64,000 nucleotides of DNA from Fidelibacterota bacterium (GTDB lineage: Bacteria > Fidelibacterota > JAANXI01): assembly GCA_021734025.1 (NCBI GenBank), contig JAIPJS010000007.1, positions 103,785 through 167,784 of the forward strand, read 5' to 3'. The translations under genes were made by a program, and so were the position numbers. Position 1 is the stretch's first letter. Every line of letters starts with the position of its first letter. This document shows positions 1-8,666 of the stretch, one piece after another. The notes under the pieces are model-generated. The model saw only the letters and a program-made list of their open reading frames with translations, was not told where the DNA came from and searched no databases.

Positions 1-1
1 T

Positions 2-523
2 AAACCCGCACTCCTGCTTGCCGGCGGGAGTTTAGTCGGTGTAACTGCCGGCGTCCTTTTCGCCCTGCAATTACCTGCATACATTTTAAAGCCGGTCATC
101 GGCAGTATCATTTTACTGTCGGGATTTTTTGTTGTTTTGTTGTCCCGCAGGATCCTCGCCTATCGGAACTGGAAGATGTTGAGCCTGTCCGGTATCGCGT
201 CATTCAACAAGGCAGTCAGCGGCGGCGGATACGGCCCGCTCGTCACCAGCGGGCAGATCCTCAGTGGGGTGCAGGGGAAAACTGCAGTGGGCATCACCTC
301 ATTTGCCGAGGCGTTTACCTGTTTGATCGCAGTTACACTGTTTCTCTTAAAAGGGGGATATATCAACCTGGGCATAATTATTCCGATGCTCACCGGGGCG
401 CTGATTTCCGTTCCGTTTTCCGTGTTTGCCATCAATAAGTCCAATGAAGACCACCTGAAGATTATCATCGGCATCCTCACCATGGCAATGGGAATACTGA
501 TTATCTATAAGTCGTTTAATTAG
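2..523 (+). CDS. TauE/SafE (DUF81) family membrane permease, C-terminal part; 5' end outside window
   Basis: Frame 2 is open from nt 2 into listed ORF 137..523. Very hydrophobic multi-TM sequence with a GGGYGPL-type motif. Confidence 0.5.
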   Translation, partial: KPALLLAGGSLVGVTAGVLFALQLPAYILKPVIGSIILLSGFFVVLLSRRILAYRNWKMLSLSGIASFNKAVSGGGYGPLVTSGQILSGVQGKTAVGITSFAEAFTCLIAVTLFLLKGGYINLGIIIPMLTGALISVPFSVFAINKSNEDHLKIIIGILTMAMGILIIYKSFN

Positions 524-578
524 CCTGAATAGTTCATAAAATTCAAAAAATTGACCAACATAAACCGAGATAACTATC

Positions 579-804
579 CTATCCTGGATTATTCATGAAT
601 TTGAACGGAATCAGGGAAGCCCCCCTTCCTGGCAGGAGAGGCGGCCCGAAAGGGGAGAGCCAATGATTTACCCGCCAGGCAGCTCGGTTTTTCCTGGCGG
701 GTAGCTTATTAGGCTAGTAACCTTCCGGGAAAAGCCAGCGACCCGGAAGGTTGGAGTGTACGGCGCGCTCGTTCTTCTTCGAATTTATGAATAATCCAGG
801 CTAG
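579..804. repeat. 226-bp IR-bounded element (MITE-like or structured RNA) containing internal hairpins
   Basis: Arms 579-605 and 778-804 match 24/27 as inverted repeats. Two of the three mismatches are G.U wobbles if read as + strand RNA. Internal stems: cccgccagg/cctggcggg and aaccttccggg/cccggaaggtt. Confidence 0.5.
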
Positions 805-1197
805 AATTTTGGTAGCACCCGTTTCGGTGTTTACCTCTCCCTATGGGAATCGCTTGAGGGTGACAGCCCCAGGTTGACGCCCCGGATTGTCACTAAGATC
901 TTGTCGGAAGGGTGGCAGACACCTACAGGGCTGGTGTGTGACGCTTCAGAAATTGTTGCTGATGAGTAATCCATGTATTAAGCAGACGAGATAAAATTCT
1001 CACAATAATCTGTGTCATCGGAATTTCTATCACGAAACAATTTGAGTCAATATTTCGGACTAAATAATCTTATTTAAAACGTTGAAAAAATCTACAATAA
1101 TTAAATGTATCGTTCTTTAATCTGAGAAAAATTCGGAAAAAGTGTTCTTATTTTTAATAGTAGTGAAGTTGAGGTGTTGAAAATATAAACAATATCC

Positions 1198-1278
1198 GGG
1201 TTTTCCGGATTTATTCGGAGAAAGCCTTCCGAAAACCGTATTTAGCGGCTTTGCAGCCAGTCAGAGTGTCCGAAAACC
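1198..1278 (+). promoter_or_regulatory. Three copies of a TCCG(G)AAAACC decamer upstream of the merR-like gene (candidate operator)
   Basis: tccgaaaacc at 1228-1237 and 1269-1278. An inverted copy, gggttttccgga, at 1198-1209. Confidence 0.25.
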
Positions 1279-1361
1279 ACAAATCTCATCCCGTGGCATA
1301 CAAATTGTAAATCTATATTTTGAAATCTAACCTTCGTTCTATTTTCAAATCGAAGAAATAT

Positions 1362-1847
1362 ATGGAAGACACAGTTGAGCAATCCAATTCACTGGAGCCT
1401 CTTTATCCCATCGGCGTGGTGGCAAAAATGTTGGACGTAAGTGAGCACACTATCCGCCTCTACGAGCGGGAAGGATTGATCCTCACATGGAAAACAACCG
1501 CCGGACACCGGCGATTCTCCGATAACGACGTGGAGAAGCTGAAATGTATCCGGCGGATGATCACCGAGAAGGGACTGAATCTGGAGGGGATAAAGCGGCT
1601 TTGTTCCATGATCCCGTGCTGGGGAATTAAAAAAGATTGCACCCGGGAAAAATATGAAAACTGCGAGGCCTTTGAACAGGTCGGACTCCCCTGCTGGGCG
1701 TTGGAAAACAAACCAGACATCTGTCGTTCAGATCAATGTTATACATGTCAGGTATATCAAACGTACTTTGACTGTAAAAACATCAAAGAACTGGTTCACA
1801 GCAAGACGTACCTGCGAAAGCTCTTTCAAAATTCTGCATCATCCTGA
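1362..1847 (+). CDS. MerR-family transcriptional regulator with cysteine-rich C-terminal domain
   Basis: N-terminal IGVVAKMLDVSEHTIRLYEREGL...HRRFSDNDVEKL matches the MerR HTH. The C-terminal ~60 aa carries 10 Cys. ATG at 1362 preferred over TTG at 1320. Confidence 0.75.
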   Translation: MEDTVEQSNSLEPLYPIGVVAKMLDVSEHTIRLYEREGLILTWKTTAGHRRFSDNDVEKLKCIRRMITEKGLNLEGIKRLCSMIPCWGIKKDCTREKYENCEAFEQVGLPCWALENKPDICRSDQCYTCQVYQTYFDCKNIKELVHSKTYLRKLFQNSASS

Positions 1848-2071
1848 GCAGAATTTTTGGATATAGATACAGAAAAACCGGACGATTGCTGCACATTGGT
1901 ATCAGGCCGCATTCCGATACAGATCGGTATCCGTTGATTCGAATATCTGAATCGGCACCGTTTTCGCCTTGAGGTTTTGCCCGGATGAAGCGGGATCCGT
2001 AATTCGTTTAGTTGCAGTAATACACCGGTTTCGGAACAAAGCCAACTTCACTCAACGCGAAGGAGCTCTCC

Positions 2072-3241
2072 ATGGCCAGACCAAATGTCTCAGAAGTTCA
2101 CGATAGAATTTCCGTTCACCACACGGAAGAACTGGAGGCCCGGGGTGTCTCCCGGCGCCAGTTTATCAAGTTTTGCACCGCAATGTCCGCGGCTATGGCA
2201 CTTCCGTTTACGTTAGCCGATAAGGTTGCCGCAGCTGTAACCGATCCGGCGCGACCGCCGGTGATTTGGCTGCACTTTCAGGACTGCACCGGCTGCACCG
2301 AAAGTCTGTTGCGCGCGACCCATCCTACTGTGGAGAGTTTGGTCCTGGACATTATCTCTTTAGACTATTCCGAAACCTTGCTCGCGGCGGCGGGTCACCA
2401 GGCGGAAGCTGCCAAACAGGCGACCATTGAGAATTACGCCGGAAAATTTCTGCTGGTGGTAGAAGGCTCCATTCCCACCAAAGATGGCGGAATCTATTGC
2501 AAGATCGGCAATAAAACGGCGGTCAGTATCCTGGAAGAGACGCTCCCGAAAGCCGCTGCCGCAGTCGCCATCGGTTCCTGTGCCTCCTGGGGTGGAATTC
2601 CCTCTTCCGGACCGAATCCCACAGGCGCCAAGGGTGTAACAGAAGTAATGCCGGACGCCAAGACGCCCGTCATCAACCTGCCGGGATGTCCGCCGAGTCC
2701 CTATAATTTAACGCAGACCGTCGTCCATTATCTCACCCTGAAAAAGCTCCCTGAACTCGATAAAAAAGGCCGTCCGAAGTTCGCCTACGGACAAATTATC
2801 CACGAGAATTGTGAGCGCCGGGCCCACTTCGATGCCGGACGATTCGCCGAGCAGTTCGGCGATTCCGGCCACCGGCAGGGCTGGTGCCTCTACAAGCTGG
2901 GTTGCAAGGGGCCGGAAACCCACGCCAACTGTCCATCGATTCTCTACGGTGACGTCGGTTCGGGCGCCTGGCCGGTGGGCACCGGACATCCCTGCTTCGG
3001 CTGTACCGAGGAGGAAGTTGCCTTCACCAAGCCGCTTCACCAGCAGGCGAGCGTGGCGGAGATTGTCCCGCCGGCATTTTATCCGAGGGTGGCTGAAGAA
3101 CGCGGTAACGGGCTTTCCATTGGTGCCGCCGCATTAGTCGGTGGCGCGGCTGGCGTGGCCGCCGGAGCGGGGGCCATGATGGCCAAGGAACTCCGAAAGC
3201 AGGATGCTGAGGATGAACAGGCCGAACAGTCCGATGAATAA
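2072..3241 (+). CDS. hybO: [NiFe] hydrogenase small subunit (group 1, Tat-exported, C-terminal TM anchor)
   Basis: Twin-arginine signal SRRQFIKF. Cluster-binding motifs CTGCTES, GSCASWGG, PGCPP, CLYKLGCKGP, PCFGCTE. SD gaaggag upstream. Confidence 0.9.
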   Translation: MARPNVSEVHDRISVHHTEELEARGVSRRQFIKFCTAMSAAMALPFTLADKVAAAVTDPARPPVIWLHFQDCTGCTESLLRATHPTVESLVLDIISLDYSETLLAAAGHQAEAAKQATIENYAGKFLLVVEGSIPTKDGGIYCKIGNKTAVSILEETLPKAAAAVAIGSCASWGGIPSSGPNPTGAKGVTEVMPDAKTPVINLPGCPPSPYNLTQTVVHYLTLKKLPELDKKGRPKFAYGQIIHENCERRAHFDAGRFAEQFGDSGHRQGWCLYKLGCKGPETHANCPSILYGDVGSGAWPVGTGHPCFGCTEEEVAFTKPLHQQASVAEIVPPAFYPRVAEERGNGLSIGAAALVGGAAGVAAGAGAMMAKELRKQDAEDEQAEQSDE

Positions 3242-3262
3242 CCGCAACGAAAGGAATCAACC

Positions 3263-4258
3263 ATGAAACTTGAAAGAAGAGACTTCTTCCGGGTGATTTC
3301 CGCCGGGGCGGTAACTGCGACCACGGCCAGAACCGTGCGGTCGGAAGCCCGCGCTGCATTGTCGCAGGACGCCGTAGGCATTCTGTACGATGCCACGGTT
3401 TGCATAGGGTGCAAAGCCTGTGAAGTTGCCTGCAAGGAAAACAACAGTATGCCGGTGGAGTCCTCATACGTCAACGATGAACTCGACGTCGGGAAGGTTT
3501 GGGATTCACCAAAAGATCTCAGTTCCAAGACTCTGAATAAAATTAAACTGTACAAGGATGGTGACGGCGCTGTGAAGGATCGGGAGAAGAACGGATTTTC
3601 CTATATCAAGCGCCACTGCATGCACTGCATCGATCCGGACTGCGTATCGGTCTGCCCGGTGACGGCATTGACCAAAGATCCGGTCACTGGCATCGTGAGC
3701 TACGATGAGACGCGTTGCTGCGGCTGCCGGTACTGCCAGATCGCGTGCCAGTATGGAATACCGAAATTCGAATACGACGATCCGTTCGGACAGATACAGA
3801 AGTGCCAGCTCTGCAATCACGTGCTCGCCGAAGGCGGAATCCCCGGCTGCTGCGAGGCGTGTCCCACCGGCGCATCCATCTATGGGAGTGTTGATGAACT
3901 GCTGAACGAAGCTCACAAACGCCTGGAATTGACGCCCGGAGATAAATATGACTTTCCCGTCAGTACGGTGGATTCCAGGAAGACAACATCTCACGAGGTT
4001 CATGAATATGTGAACTACGTGTATGGCGAAGAAGAGGGCGGCGGTACCCAGTATCTGATACTCTCGGCAGTGCCATTTGGCAAACTCGGATTCCCTGATC
4101 TTCCGGATCACTCCAATGCATCGGTTACCGCGGGTTTACAGCACACGCTGTATCGGGGAATGATCGCCCCGGCGGCGCTGTTCGTGGGATTACTCTATGC
4201 GGCCCATCAGAGCGTGAAATATCACAACCGTTCAGACGAGGAGGCCACTAATGAGTGA
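3263..4258 (+). CDS. hybA: Hydrogenase-associated 4Fe-4S ferredoxin-type subunit (HybA-like), Tat signal, C-terminal TM helix
   Basis: RRDFFR signal. Multiple CxxCxxCxxxCP-type motifs (CIGCKACEVACK, CMHCIDPDCVSVCP, CCGCRYCQIACQ). Position matches the E. coli hyb operon order. Confidence 0.85.
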   Translation: MKLERRDFFRVISAGAVTATTARTVRSEARAALSQDAVGILYDATVCIGCKACEVACKENNSMPVESSYVNDELDVGKVWDSPKDLSSKTLNKIKLYKDGDGAVKDREKNGFSYIKRHCMHCIDPDCVSVCPVTALTKDPVTGIVSYDETRCCGCRYCQIACQYGIPKFEYDDPFGQIQKCQLCNHVLAEGGIPGCCEACPTGASIYGSVDELLNEAHKRLELTPGDKYDFPVSTVDSRKTTSHEVHEYVNYVYGEEEGGGTQYLILSAVPFGKLGFPDLPDHSNASVTAGLQHTLYRGMIAPAALFVGLLYAAHQSVKYHNRSDEEATNE

Positions 4259-5462
4259 CGATAAATCTGGAAAACGGACAATCCGGGTTCGGAATACTAC
4301 CTCATCCGACACGGATTTGCACAAGAGTGTGGCCATGGGCGGGCCGATTATGACGACGCCGTTCAAAATAATTATGGCCATCGCCGCCATTGGTGTCTAT
4401 TTCATGGCGAAGCGCTTCATCTTCGGTATCGGCGCGGTGTCCAACCTGTCCCACGGCTATCCCTGGGGTGTCTGGATTGCCTACGACGTGGTAGTCGGTA
4501 CGGCCATAGGCAGCGGCGGATACGCCATGGCATTGCTGGTCTACATCTTCAATAAAGGCAAATACGATCCGCTGGTGCGATCGGCGCTGTTGACGGCATT
4601 TCTGGGTTATCTGTTCGCCGGTGCGTCGATTGTCATCGATACCGGCCGGTACTGGAACCTGATTAACATGTTCCTGCCGCAGTACTCGAACATCACCAGT
4701 TCCATCATGGTGGAGGTGGCGCTCAGCGTGGCCACATACACGCTGGTGCTGATCGTGGAAATCTCCCCGGCATTCCTGGAGAAATACGGTTCCAGCAAAC
4801 TCCGGCAGCGATTACAAAAAGTGATTTTCATTTTCATCGCCCTGGGCGTGCTGCTGCCGACACTGCATCAGTCCTCACTGGGCAGCATGATGATGTCGGC
4901 CGGCGACAAACTTTCACCGCTCTGGCAGACCATGATGCTCCCGGCGTTTTTCCTGTTCACCGCGCTGATTATGGGATACGCTGCCGTAGTAGTGGAATCG
5001 TTCGCGGCTTCTACCATCCTTGGAACGCGCCTGGAGAAGCGGCTCCTGGTGAAACTCACCGGTTTCGTACCGTATCTCATTCTGATCTATCTCTTGTTCC
5101 GCGCCGGTGATCTGATTTATCGCGGAGCATTCGGGGCCCTGTTCGTTGATCCGCTTGAGGGCACCTCCTTCATTCTGGAAAACCTGTTGTTCGTCGTACC
5201 GATGCTCATCCTGTTTTCCAAAGAAGCCAGATCCAAGCGATTCAACCTGTTTATCTCTGGGGTGGGGATCGTCCTGGCAGGCAGCATTTACCGGTTTAAT
5301 ACCTATCTCATCGGATTCGATCCGGGGCCGGGCTGGGTTTACTTTCCGGCATTTTCCGAAATTTTTATTACCATCGGGCTTATCAGCTTTGAAATCATGA
5401 TTTACATGATTGTGGTAAAAAGGCTGCCGATACTCCCGAAAGTTCTCTACAAAACAGCATAA
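4251..5462 (+). CDS. hybB: NrfD/HybB-type integral membrane quinone-interacting subunit
   Basis: Recalled alignment to E. coli HybB over KRFIFGIGAVSNLSHGYPWGVWIAYDVVVGT...DTGRYWNL. Start uncertain: ATG at 4251 overlaps the hybA stop, or ATG at 4335. Confidence 0.85.
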   Translation: MSDDKSGKRTIRVRNTTSSDTDLHKSVAMGGPIMTTPFKIIMAIAAIGVYFMAKRFIFGIGAVSNLSHGYPWGVWIAYDVVVGTAIGSGGYAMALLVYIFNKGKYDPLVRSALLTAFLGYLFAGASIVIDTGRYWNLINMFLPQYSNITSSIMVEVALSVATYTLVLIVEISPAFLEKYGSSKLRQRLQKVIFIFIALGVLLPTLHQSSLGSMMMSAGDKLSPLWQTMMLPAFFLFTALIMGYAAVVVESFAASTILGTRLEKRLLVKLTGFVPYLILIYLLFRAGDLIYRGAFGALFVDPLEGTSFILENLLFVVPMLILFSKEARSKRFNLFISGVGIVLAGSIYRFNTYLIGFDPGPGWVYFPAFSEIFITIGLISFEIMIYMIVVKRLPILPKVLYKTA

Positions 5463-5482
5463 TCCATCAGGAGGAATATACT

Positions 5483-7198
5483 ATGGCAAAGCGTATAACT
5501 GTCGATCCGGTCACCCGCATAGAGGGACACCTGCGCATCGACTGCGAAGTAAATAACGGCGAAGTCACCAACGCCTGGTCGTCCGGACAGATGTGGCGCG
5601 GCATCGAGACCATTCTCCAGGGACGCGATCCCAGAGAAGCCTGGATCTATACCCAGCGAATTTGTGGCGTCTGTACCACGGTGCATGCGATCACCTCGGT
5701 ACGGGCGGTTGAGAACGCGCTGGAGATGGAAATTCCCGTGAACGCCCAGTACATCCGGAATATGATTATTGCCGCCCACGGCGTCCACGATCACATGGTG
5801 CATTTTTATCATTTGTCTGCGCTGGATTGGGTGGACGTAGTCTCCGCACTGAAAGCGTCGCCGAAGAAGGCATCGTCTCTGGCGCAGAGTCTGTCCGGCT
5901 GGCATATGAACGGCGTAGAAGAGTTTACTGCTGTCCAGAAGAAACTGCAGAGCTTTGTTGACTCCGGCCAGCTGGGCATTTTTGCCAATGGATATTGGGG
6001 CCATCCGGCCATGATTCTGCCGCCGGAAGTGAATCTGCTGGCAGCCGCACACTACCTGCAGGCGTTCGAGTTCCAGCGCAAGGCCAACCAGATCGTTACC
6101 ATCCTTGGGAGCAAGACGCCGCACATCCAGAACCTGGCAGTCGGCGGCGTGGCGAATCCCATCAATCCCGACAGCGAGGACGCGCTGAATCTGGAACGGT
6201 TGACCTATGTGAAGAAACTCATCGATGAACTCGGGGCTTTTATTGAGCAGGTATATCTCATCGATGTGGCCGCAGTTGGCGCCTTCTACAAGGATTGGCT
6301 GAATTACGGATCCGGCGTCATGAATTACCTGAGTGTTCCGGATTTTCCCATCGACCCGGCGGGGACGAAGTTCGGTACTCCCGGCGGCTATATTAAGAAC
6401 GGTGACGTTGGCTCGTTTCAGGCCATCAAGTCGTTTCAGGATGACTTCTTCCGGGAGAACGTGCAGGAGAGCATCAAGCACGCCTGGTACGACGGTGACT
6501 GGACGCGGCATCCGTACGACGAGGAGACCGTGCCGAAGTACACCGACTTCGATGATAACGGGAAATATTCCTGGGTGAAATCACCAAGCTTTGCCGGGAA
6601 GCCGGCGCAGGTCGGCCCGCTGGCGAACGTACTCGGGATGTATGCGGCAGGTGATCCGACAACGCAGAAGTATACGAACCTGGCACTGGAGAAGGTGAGC
6701 GCCATCGCCGGGACGAAGGTACCGATCAGCGCGCTGCATTCATCCATCGGCCGGCACGCTGCCAGGGCAGTCCGCTGTGCGGTGCTGTACAACCAGCTCA
6801 AGGAAAACTACAACATGCTTGTGGAGAACATCGGTTCCGGCGACATGGACACCTTTAACGAGCCGACCTTCCCCAAGGGAACCCAGACCGGTTTCGGCTT
6901 CCACGAAGCGCCGCGCGGAACCCTCTCCCACTGGATCGTGATTAACAACGGAAAGATCGAAAACTACCAGGCGGTGGTACCGTCAACCTGGAACGCCGGC
7001 CCGCGAAACCAGAACGATGAGTTGGGGCCGTATGAGGCCTCGCTGGTCGGGAATCCTGTGGCACAGGAAGACAAGCCGCTCGAGGTACTCCGGACGGTAC
7101 ACTCCTTCGATCCGTGCCTGGCGTGTGCCATCCATCTGTACGACGAGAAGAAGCAGAATATCGCCCGGGTCCAGACCAACAACGCGTGCAGCGTCTGA
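5483..7198 (+). CDS. hybC: [NiFe] hydrogenase large subunit
   Basis: RIEGH and RICGVCTTVH N-terminal Ni-binding motif. C-terminal DPCLACAIH followed by a cleavable extension. Strong SD aggagg. Confidence 0.95.
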   Translation: MAKRITVDPVTRIEGHLRIDCEVNNGEVTNAWSSGQMWRGIETILQGRDPREAWIYTQRICGVCTTVHAITSVRAVENALEMEIPVNAQYIRNMIIAAHGVHDHMVHFYHLSALDWVDVVSALKASPKKASSLAQSLSGWHMNGVEEFTAVQKKLQSFVDSGQLGIFANGYWGHPAMILPPEVNLLAAAHYLQAFEFQRKANQIVTILGSKTPHIQNLAVGGVANPINPDSEDALNLERLTYVKKLIDELGAFIEQVYLIDVAAVGAFYKDWLNYGSGVMNYLSVPDFPIDPAGTKFGTPGGYIKNGDVGSFQAIKSFQDDFFRENVQESIKHAWYDGDWTRHPYDEETVPKYTDFDDNGKYSWVKSPSFAGKPAQVGPLANVLGMYAAGDPTTQKYTNLALEKVSAIAGTKVPISALHSSIGRHAARAVRCAVLYNQLKENYNMLVENIGSGDMDTFNEPTFPKGTQTGFGFHEAPRGTLSHWIVINNGKIENYQAVVPSTWNAGPRNQNDELGPYEASLVGNPVAQEDKPLEVLRTVHSFDPCLACAIHLYDEKKQNIARVQTNNACSV

Positions 7199-7199
7199 T

Positions 7200-7697
7200 A
7201 TGAACGATATCCTCGTACTGGGCGTCGGCAACCTGTTGATGCAGGACGAAGGCGTCGGAATTCACGCCATCCGGGCGCTGGAAGAGCGATACCAATTCGA
7301 GCCGGCGGTGGATCTGGTGGACGGTGGCACCGCCGGCCTGGAACTCATCGACAAGCTGGACGGCCGGGAAAAAGTGCTGATCGTCGACGCGGTGGACTTT
7401 GATCTGGCGCCCGGCAGCATTGTGAAACTTGGCAACGGGCAGGTGCAATCTCAACTGAAGGAGAAAATGTCCCTGCATCACCTGGGATTAACTGATGTCC
7501 TCAGCGCTGCGGAACTCCTGGACATCCGGCCCCCGGCAATCCACCTCATTGGAGTGCAACCAGACTCAATGGAAGTTGCCCTGGAACTCTCGCCGAAAAT
7601 GCGTTCGGTCTTTCCGCAGGTGCTGGAAGCTGTGGTCGCGCAGCTGGGTGAATGGGGAGTTGAAGCGGTTGAGGCTACGGAAGGTATTCAGGTTTGA
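7200..7697 (+). CDS. hybD: Hydrogenase maturation endopeptidase (HybD/HyaD family)
   Basis: MNDILVLGVGNLLMQDEGVGIH...VDGGT motif. ATG at 7200 lies 1 nt after the hybC stop. Confidence 0.9.
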   Translation: MNDILVLGVGNLLMQDEGVGIHAIRALEERYQFEPAVDLVDGGTAGLELIDKLDGREKVLIVDAVDFDLAPGSIVKLGNGQVQSQLKEKMSLHHLGLTDVLSAAELLDIRPPAIHLIGVQPDSMEVALELSPKMRSVFPQVLEAVVAQLGEWGVEAVEATEGIQV

Positions 7698-7860
7698 GTG
7701 GATAGGCGCCTTGGTATCTTTCTACAACGAGGCGAAAATACATTCACCAACATTGCAGAGATGTAGCATGGAGGTCGTTTTAGAATGCCAGGTTGATAGC
7801 TTCTTTGCTCTTGAACCTGTGGGATTTTCGGTACTATAAAACAAGCAGTTACCCGTTGGG

Positions 7861-7908
7861 GTAGAGACGTTTCATACCTGTCCCGAGATGTCGGGGAAAC
7901 GTCTCTAC
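7861..7908. repeat. REP-like hairpin of the GTAGNGACG family
   Basis: 12-bp stem gtagagacgttt/aaacgtctctac enclosing a smaller stem cccga/tcggg. Confidence 0.7.
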
Positions 7909-7923
7909 ACGAAGAATTAGAAA

Positions 7924-7997
7924 GTAGGGACGCGGTTCATCGCGTCCGAAACAATTGGCTGAATGGTACAGACGGACGCGGTAAACCGCGTCCCTAC
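7924..7997. repeat. REP-like nested hairpins of the GTAGNGACG family
   Basis: Outer stem gtagggacgcgg/ccgcgtccctac. Inner stems gacgcg..cgcgtc and gacgcgg..ccgcgtc allow alternative pairings. Confidence 0.7.
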
Positions 7998-8308
7998 ATG
8001 TAAATTTTCTCAGACTTTTTCTGTTGACCATACTGCATTTTGTAAAGATTGATAGTTACAATTAACTAAAACTTACATAAAGGTAATTTATTCGATCCAT
8101 ATTACCGTTTTGATGATAAAATCGAATAAAAAACCGATTCCCTTTTTCTCATTTAGCATCTCCGGTTCTCAGATCTGGAAAATCGTCTCTGTTTCTGCCC
8201 GTAAAAACCGCAAGGTTACTACCGGCACACGTTTTGCAAAAGTACTATAGAGCAGAAATATGCAGAATAAGAGTATATTTGTAATGATTGAAGTGAGGCC
8301 TGTTTTTC

Positions 8309-8644
8309 ATGCATGAGATGTCCATCGCCACTAATATTCTGGAGATCGCCGAGCAGTCCATGGATGGGCACGATCAGCTGCTCTCCATCTCCGTGGAAAT
8401 CGGTGAGCTGGCGGGCATCGAGTTCGAGGCGCTGGAGTTCTGCTTCGAGGCGCTGAAGCAGTCCTCACGATATCCCGATCTTACCCTGGACATCACGCGA
8501 ATTCCGGGGAAAGGGAATTGTAGGAAATGTGGTGTGTCCGTTCCGATGAAGGAGAGGTTCGCCGTCTGCCCGGAATGCGGGGGATACACCGTAGAGCCGT
8601 CGCAGGGGCAGGAATTACGGGTCACGTCAATCGAAGTCGAATAA
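8309..8644 (+). CDS. hypA: Hydrogenase nickel incorporation protein HypA
   Basis: MHEMSIA N-terminus. Zinc motifs CxxC...CPxCG (CRKCG, CPECGG). 111 aa. Confidence 0.9.
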   Translation: MHEMSIATNILEIAEQSMDGHDQLLSISVEIGELAGIEFEALEFCFEALKQSSRYPDLTLDITRIPGKGNCRKCGVSVPMKERFAVCPECGGYTVEPSQGQELRVTSIEVE

Positions 8645-8666
8645 TTGCAGGAAAAGGAGTACCAAA

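Noticed and set aside
579-1000. Known ncRNAs (6S, SRP, tmRNA, cobalamin riboswitch, retron msr/msd) in the 800-bp gap
   Set aside because: I found no matching consensus: no SRP GGAA-tetraloop helix-8 context, no tmRNA tRNA-like ends, no B12 box. There is no reverse transcriptase nearby for a retron. It is kept only as an unclassified IR-bounded element.
2270-2300. Possibility that the hydrogenase is an O2-tolerant group-1d enzyme
   Set aside because: The proximal-cluster motif reads CTGCTES, without the supernumerary cysteines expected for O2-tolerant small subunits.
5447-6511. 354-aa ORF on the - strand
   Set aside because: It lies entirely antisense to the [NiFe] hydrogenase large-subunit gene, whose motifs are unambiguous. 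The ORF is an Arg/Leu/Gly-rich shadow typical of GC-rich coding DNA.
7017-7199. N-terminal extension of the hybD ORF (listed start 7017)
   Set aside because: It overlaps the hybC 3' end in another frame and has an Arg/Ser-rich unnatural composition. The conserved protease N-terminus MNDILVLGVGN begins at ATG 7200.
7849-8031. 60-aa ORF on the - strand
   Set aside because: It is composed entirely of the GTAGNGACG REP-like hairpins.
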